From positions 23,502 to 87,501 of the forward strand of contig JANXOD010000041.1 in assembly GCA_025353765.1 (NCBI GenBank): a stretch of DNA of 64,000 nucleotides, given 5' to 3'. A program made the translations under genes and the position numbers. The stretch comes from Sphingobacteriales bacterium (lineage in GTDB: Bacteria > Bacteroidota > Bacteroidia > Sphingobacteriales > Sphingobacteriaceae). Below the pieces are notes generated by a model. The model saw only the letters and a program-made list of their open reading frames with translations, was not told the origin of the DNA and searched no databases. Numbering within the stretch: position 1 is the stretch's first letter; each line of letters begins with the position of its first letter. Shown piece after piece: positions 59,764-64,000 of the stretch.

Positions 59764-62700
59764 TTATTTACCCTTCATCATCGCAACCTGGGAACTGTAA
59801 TATCTCTCCAGAAAATGGTAAACGATGAGTTCATATTTTCGTTGTTGTGCAATAAACAAGCGATTCATATACATGTGAATATAGCTGGATAAGAGATCAG
59901 ATAGGCGTTCTTTTAAATTATCTTCCGGTAGTTTAGACAGAATAGCCTGAATAACATCTACGTTCATTTCTGAACGTAATTTAAATACAGTAACGGCTTC
60001 TTCAATGGCGTTTTTTGCATCTTCTTCGGCATTCATATGCGAAAAGATCTGTTGTTGCTGCTTCTTATATTTTTCGTTCAGTTGCTTTTGCAACGCAGGT
60101 TCTGCTCCAAATTCTTTAAAAAAGCCCGACTGTAAACTTTTAAATAATTCCTTTTTCTCAATCATAGTCAAATGGAAATCATCTAAAAGCATATCTATAC
60201 CGCGTAAAGCAAAGAACAACCGGTATTCTTCTGCATCTTCTAAGAGATTAATAAATCGTAATACTGAAAGACTGTCGTTAAAAAATAGAATTTCTGCTTC
60301 TTCTACCAGATCTGCACCGTAACGTTCCACTTCCCGGTTATAAGTATCCGAAACCACTTTATATAAGGTATTATCATCCAGGAGAGGCTGCAAAACAGTT
60401 GAGAATGCTTTTTGAACCTCCAATTGCTTATTAATATCTGTATTATGGAATCGTATTCTGAAATGAGAATGTTCATCATTGTAACGAAGAAAAAAGAATT
60501 TCTCAAATAATTGGTTTTCTAAGCCTTCTTCTATAAAAGGTAATACGGTTTCTTTTAATACTTTTTCTGCCGTTTTAGAACCACAGTAAACTTTAAAATA
60601 GAGCCATTCGCTATGCAATGAGAACTTCCTTTGAATGCTTTGTTCTGTTTTTTCTTTTTTAGCGGGAAGCGCATCTGTAACAGGTAAATCCCGGTAAACA
60701 GGAATAATGACTTCGTTGGTATAAGGATCGCCATGTACATCTTTAACCACGCAATTTTCTTCAGTAAACAGGAATTCGTTGAGTGTTATAGTCTTATGAC
60801 GTTTCAAATAATGTAAAAATAGCTCAATAGCTTGTGGATGTTCAAAGTCTATAAATAATTCATTATCCTGTTCGGCATAGGTTACTTTTTGTGGAATTTC
60901 CCATTTCTTTCGAAAAGACTGGAAATAATCTCCATAATCTTTAGCCTCCTTAGGTAAGTCTTTAATATCTTTTTCCTCAATTTTCCATTGTGCTTTTTGT
61001 ATGATCAGATTCTTATATACCACTCTTGGCAAATTTTTAAGCGTAGATAGAGATCCCCAATCCCAAACACTCGGGTGAGCAATGCCTTGCGATTGTAAAT
61101 CGCATAAAAACTTATAAATAGGCAAACTCTTGTACCCGAAATTATGCGCTGTGGTAAGCCTTGGAATGATCCGTTTGTTATGAGTTTTACTGCGCAATAC
61201 CAGTTTGTTGTTACTTATACTTACCAGGATATCATTTACAGGTATTTGATTCTCTGTGGCAGCTCCCGATTTACCCACATATGGAATTTCATAACCACGC
61301 AAAACAGGCCTCAATAGTATGTTGCCTATCCTGGCTTCTGGTAAATGGGCTATCTCTGCATAAATTGCTTCCGGATACTCTGCTTCTTCTGCTTTTAATA
61401 TTTCCCGGCTATAGTTGCAGAGCTGTTCATTTCCATGTGTAAACCTGCCTAAAAGATTTCCTGCTGAAGGGCCCCCAAAACCCGTTAAGGCAAACGTAAA
61501 GTGTTCCAAATTGAGTAAGCCATCCTCCTTCAGCAAACTGCCCATCAGGTACATGCTATTAGGGAAATGGTGATTTTCTACTTCTTTTTTAAAAGCCTTA
61601 AGCTCATCCTCATCAATCTCAATAAAAGGCTTTTGGTTTTTTAAATAATCATAATATTTAGATACGGTGTAATCTTGTATATAATCAACAGTACTCATCC
61701 TCTCCATTGTGCCACCACCAACAGCCAAATCATCTATCAATTCGCCACCACCAGCTGATCCATCATGCACGCCCGCATAACCTATTCCTAAATCTGCATC
61801 TAATGCTATTGAAAGTGGTACTTCAGCATCTTCATATTTGGAATAAAATTTAGTTTTAAACTCATCAAGCTCTGCATTTTTGCCTTTACGGGATAAATAC
61901 ATCAGGTCTTCTGCCTGTTTTACGATGGTATCTGTTAACTCTTTATTTATGCTGCTATTTTGAGTAGATAAAAAAAGATCAACCTGCAAGGTATTTTTAG
62001 GTATTTCTTTTACCATACCTAAATTTTTTAATTTCAGTTCTATTTCTTGGTAATAGTTAACTCCTTGCTTTGGATTTTGAATGAGATATTGAATTTTTTT
62101 AAGTTGACTTAGTAAATCTTCTACTCCAGGAAATGCTTCTAATTGTATTATTAGCTGGTCTAAAGGTTCTTTTCCTGTAATACAAGGCTCCAGTTCAGGT
62201 ACAAGCAGTTGGGAATCCCATAAACTTGCAATAAAATCTTTTGCTTCCTCTTCATTTACATTTTTGGTAGTTATAAGCAGCTTTGTTAATTCATCAATGG
62301 TTGCCCCGTTTTGTGCACATTTAAGAACATCTTGAATGTAATCTGTTTTCTCAATAGAAGTAAGCTGATAGTTACGATTATTATTTTTTATAAAATATTC
62401 TGCGTAACGAAAACTGCCTGGTAATTCGTACAAACTATTATTGGTGAAGAGTTTTAATTGATCCCTTATTTGAGGCAATTGGACCAACTCCTGTAAAATT
62501 CCAATCATATAGTTCATATCCAGGCGGGTGCTGCGAATATGCTGAGAACTTTCATTAAGGATAAGGCTTGTCTCCTCTTCTGTAAGAGTTGATAGGAAAC
62601 TCCCTGCAAAAGTGCCGTAAGGCGTACAACGTGTACAACTGCGTAACCAGTATTTAGCAAATGTAAGCTCTAATTTTGCTTTGTCTTTACCAGTTAGTTC

Positions 62701-62850
62701 TTCTTTCTTCTGTAATTCATTCCAAAAGTCGGGAGAGGATAAGTATAATCCTTCTTCTAACATGGGTTGTATGTTCTCCGAAAAATGATATGCCTTTTGC
62801 AGACTTTGCAAAGGGGAGCGCAATAAGATAAACTGGAAGGGATGAAGCAT
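59764..62850 (-). CDS. lanB: full-length class I lanthipeptide dehydratase (LanB)
   Basis: Block-by-block match to NisB as I recall it. The blocks are WLRSCTRCTPYGTFAG (RSTPFGLF), GRF, AEIAHLPEARIGNIL, PRVVYKNLIIQKAQWKI (PRLVFDEIVISPAKWKI), EWLYFKVY, FFFLRYNDEHSHFRIRF, EVERYG and MNRL. Both the glutamylation and elimination domains are present. Confidence 0.93.
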   Translation of the reverse strand: MLHPFQFILLRSPLQSLQKAYHFSENIQPMLEEGLYLSSPDFWNELQKKEELTGKDKAKLELTFAKYWLRSCTRCTPYGTFAGSFLSTLTEEETSLILNESSQHIRSTRLDMNYMIGILQELVQLPQIRDQLKLFTNNSLYELPGSFRYAEYFIKNNNRNYQLTSIEKTDYIQDVLKCAQNGATIDELTKLLITTKNVNEEEAKDFIASLWDSQLLVPELEPCITGKEPLDQLIIQLEAFPGVEDLLSQLKKIQYLIQNPKQGVNYYQEIELKLKNLGMVKEIPKNTLQVDLFLSTQNSSINKELTDTIVKQAEDLMYLSRKGKNAELDEFKTKFYSKYEDAEVPLSIALDADLGIGYAGVHDGSAGGGELIDDLAVGGGTMERMSTVDYIQDYTVSKYYDYLKNQKPFIEIDEDELKAFKKEVENHHFPNSMYLMGSLLKEDGLLNLEHFTFALTGFGGPSAGNLLGRFTHGNEQLCNYSREILKAEEAEYPEAIYAEIAHLPEARIGNILLRPVLRGYEIPYVGKSGAATENQIPVNDILVSISNNKLVLRSKTHNKRIIPRLTTAHNFGYKSLPIYKFLCDLQSQGIAHPSVWDWGSLSTLKNLPRVVYKNLIIQKAQWKIEEKDIKDLPKEAKDYGDYFQSFRKKWEIPQKVTYAEQDNELFIDFEHPQAIELFLHYLKRHKTITLNEFLFTEENCVVKDVHGDPYTNEVIIPVYRDLPVTDALPAKKEKTEQSIQRKFSLHSEWLYFKVYCGSKTAEKVLKETVLPFIEEGLENQLFEKFFFLRYNDEHSHFRIRFHNTDINKQLEVQKAFSTVLQPLLDDNTLYKVVSDTYNREVERYGADLVEEAEILFFNDSLSVLRFINLLEDAEEYRLFFALRGIDMLLDDFHLTMIEKKELFKSLQSGFFKEFGAEPALQKQLNEKYKKQQQQIFSHMNAEEDAKNAIEEAVTVFKLRSEMNVDVIQAILSKLPEDNLKERLSDLLSSYIHMYMNRLFIAQQRKYELIVYHFLERYYSSQVAMMKGK

Positions 62851-62980
62851 TATAGTATTTTAGAATAAAACAGATGTACAAGTTAAATGTAAAATAAGTA
62901 TTAACAATAATAATTTATTTTTTATCAGGAAATCAATTTATAGGAAGCTATCCAATATGAGAAGGGCCGCATGTTACATT

Positions 62981-62988
62981 CAAAATTA
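62981..62988 (-). promoter_or_regulatory. candidate Bacteroidota -7 promoter box for lanB
   Basis: The minus strand reads TAATTTTG (consensus TAnnTTTG). It lies between the lanA1 terminator and the lanB ATG, about 130 nt upstream of the ATG. Confidence 0.3.
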
Positions 62989-63011
62989 ATGTATTCGTAA
63001 AAGTATATTAA

Positions 63012-63043
63012 ACAAAAATCCCGGCTACAGAAGCAACTGGGAT
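63012..63043 (-). terminator. rho-independent terminator/attenuator between lanA1 and lanB
   Basis: The minus strand has ATCCCAG-12 nt-CCGGGAT (7 bp including one G-U), followed by TTTTTGTTT. Confidence 0.5.
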
Positions 63044-63115
63044 CATTCAAAATTTGCCAACTTATTTAAAACACATTGCAATAAGCCTTAACTATAGTAG
63101 TATCGAATTTATTCT

Positions 63116-63316
63116 TTAACTACATGGTGCTGAATAACACTTGCTATTTTTTGTTGCTTTAGTTGTACAATTATTTGCTGTTACTACACACGCTGCCTTA
63201 GTTTGTATCATCATTGCCTGCCCACCTTGTACTTTGATCATTTCTTCTTTCGTTAAGTTAGAGATCCTCTCCTTTTTTAACTGCAATTTTGTAGAGTCCA
63301 AGTTAATCTTCTTCAT
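63116..63316 (-). CDS. lanA: lanthipeptide precursor peptide 1
   Basis: The 66-aa product has leader MKKINLDSTKLQLKKERISNLTKEEMIKVQGG (INLD box plus double-Gly). The 34-aa core QAMMIQTKAACVVTANNCTTKATKNSKCYSAPCS has 4 Cys and 8 Ser/Thr. Lies directly upstream of lanB. Confidence 0.85.
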   Translation of the reverse strand: MKKINLDSTKLQLKKERISNLTKEEMIKVQGGQAMMIQTKAACVVTANNCTTKATKNSKCYSAPCS

Positions 63317-63342
63317 GATGTTCTAATTTTAGTTAATTCATT

Positions 63343-63352
63343 ATTAAATATA
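63343..63352 (-). promoter_or_regulatory. conserved -7-like box upstream of lanA1
   Basis: The minus strand reads TATATTTAAT 27 nt upstream of the ATG. An identical decamer sits at the same distance upstream of lanA2. Confidence 0.35.
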
Positions 63353-63478
63353 ACGATAATTGAATGCACAATGCGAGTATTTTGTAATATTTTTGTTACC
63401 TGTGAAATAATTTTTCTTTTAAGATTTATAAAAAATTTAGACTTTCTAACCTTTGAAAAACTTGGACTATAGTATACT

Positions 63479-63511
63479 AAAAAAGCCTCTCGTGATACGA
63501 AAGGCTTTTTT
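63479..63511 (-). terminator. rho-independent terminator after lanA2
   Basis: The minus strand has GCCTTTCG-tatca-CGAGAGGC followed by TTTTTT. It would also function on the plus strand. Confidence 0.65.
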
Positions 63512-63531
63512 ATCTTCAATCTTTTTTGAGA

Positions 63532-63702
63532 TTAAATATTAAGGTGGCAATCATAACCATTAGTTTGGCATTTGCTTGTTCCGCAGGTATTTGTATTAAA
63601 ACCCATTCCACCTTGTACTTTAACCATTTCTTCTTTTGTTAAATTAGAAATTTTTGCTTTTTTTAACTGCAATTTTGCAGAATCTAAATTAATTTTTTTC
63701 AT
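63532..63702 (-). CDS. lanA: lanthipeptide precursor peptide 2 (not in the ORF track, 56 aa)
   Basis: Hand translation gives MKKINLDSAKLQLKKAKISNLTKEEMVKVQGG-MGFNTNTCGTSKCQTNGYDCHLNI-stop. The leader matches precursor 1 at 28 of 32 residues. The core is unrelated and has 3 Cys and 5 Ser/Thr. Confidence 0.85.
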   Translation of the reverse strand: MKKINLDSAKLQLKKAKISNLTKEEMVKVQGGMGFNTNTCGTSKCQTNGYDCHLNI

Positions 63703-63729
63703 TTTCTTATTAGTTCTAGTTAATTAAAG

Positions 63730-63739
63730 ATTAAATATA
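63730..63739 (-). promoter_or_regulatory. conserved -7-like box upstream of lanA2
   Basis: The minus strand reads TATATTTAAT 28 nt upstream of the ATG. Further upstream, the GTAACAAAAA / TTACA(C)AAA blocks are also shared with the lanA1 upstream region. Confidence 0.35.
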
Positions 63740-63896
63740 CATGTAGCTCTCTAGGTAATGAAATCTTTTGTGTAAGTTTTTTGTTACTATAGAAAATAAT
63801 TTTTTTTTACAAAAAATAATACTTTGATTTTGTAAATAATAGAATAAGAATAGTAAGAAGATAGATAAAGAGTTATAGTTTTTGTCGTTTCTAAAA

Positions 63897-63930
63897 CTAA
63901 AAGCCTGGTAATATATTACCAGGCTTTTAG
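63897..63930 (-). terminator. perfect palindromic hairpin, bidirectional terminator
   Basis: ctaaaagcctggtaata / tattaccaggcttttag. It lies about 40-50 nt downstream of a minus-strand ORF that runs off the right edge. Confidence 0.6.
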
Positions 63931-64000
63931 TTTATTAGCAGACTTTTATATGTTGTTAAATTGAATAATTAATAACCTCTTAATGGATTTGGATTAATGT

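Noticed and set aside
63141-63326. 61-aa plus-strand ORF antisense to lanA1
   Set aside because: It is the mirror frame of a clearly coding precursor gene, with a hydrophobic low-complexity translation and no independent signals.
63313-63519. 68-aa minus-strand ORF between the two precursor genes, whose TGA overlaps the lanA1 ATG (ATGA), suggesting translational coupling
   Set aside because: It opens at TTG. Its N-terminus is encoded by the lanA2 terminator hairpin. It spans the promoter-like blocks, has the Lys/Ile/Asn-rich composition of translated AT-rich spacer, and the homologous region upstream of lanA2 is not open.
1-64000. CRISPR arrays, rRNA genes, integrases, transposases, IS elements and prophage genes
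   Set aside because: Scanned for by eye on both strands. No regularly spaced repeat-spacer array and no recombinase-like ORF was found. The only mobility-like signal is the dnaJ 3'-end duplication reported above.

Overview
AT-rich chromosomal segment from a Bacteroidota genome, probably Sphingobacteriia or Chitinophagia. This is inferred from T9SS C-terminal sorting domains, a PorP/SprF gene, many lipoproteins, weak or absent Shine-Dalgarno sequences and TAnnTTTG-like promoter boxes. Most of the window is housekeeping: grpE-dnaJ, ftsE, tig-clpP-clpX, dxr-rseP, hscB-like, two tRNA-Leu genes, an ABC exporter pair, Ppx/GppA, ferredoxin, cystathionine beta-synthase, rluF, a DbpA-like helicase, and cell-envelope genes (two GT2 glycosyltransferases, an L,D-transpeptidase, two NlpC/P60 peptidases). 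Secreted-protein loci include a 1831-aa PKD-repeat protein with a type-B T9SS CTD next to its PorP/SprF partner, a beta-propeller T9SS protein, and a tandem pair of Ig-repeat T9SS paralogs. The main finding is at the right edge (59.3-63.9 kb): a class I lanthipeptide-type RiPP locus. It has a full-length LanB dehydratase (1028 aa) preceded by two precursor genes, one of which (63532-63702) falls below the ORF-track length cutoff. The precursors share a leader combining an FNLD-like INLD box with a double-glycine cleavage motif, but their Cys/Ser/Thr-rich cores are unrelated. Each precursor has its own conserved promoter-like box and terminator. No LanC cyclase, C39 exporter or immunity gene is visible, and lanB is followed by an odd 10-unit 21-bp tandem repeat. 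Secondary observations are a decayed dnaJ 3' end forming direct repeats around a HupE/UreJ plus split-DUF4331 cassette, a dihydroorotase-like protein lacking its metal and catalytic residues, and a large compound hairpin between grpE and dnaJ. No CRISPR array, rRNA, integrase or transposase was seen.
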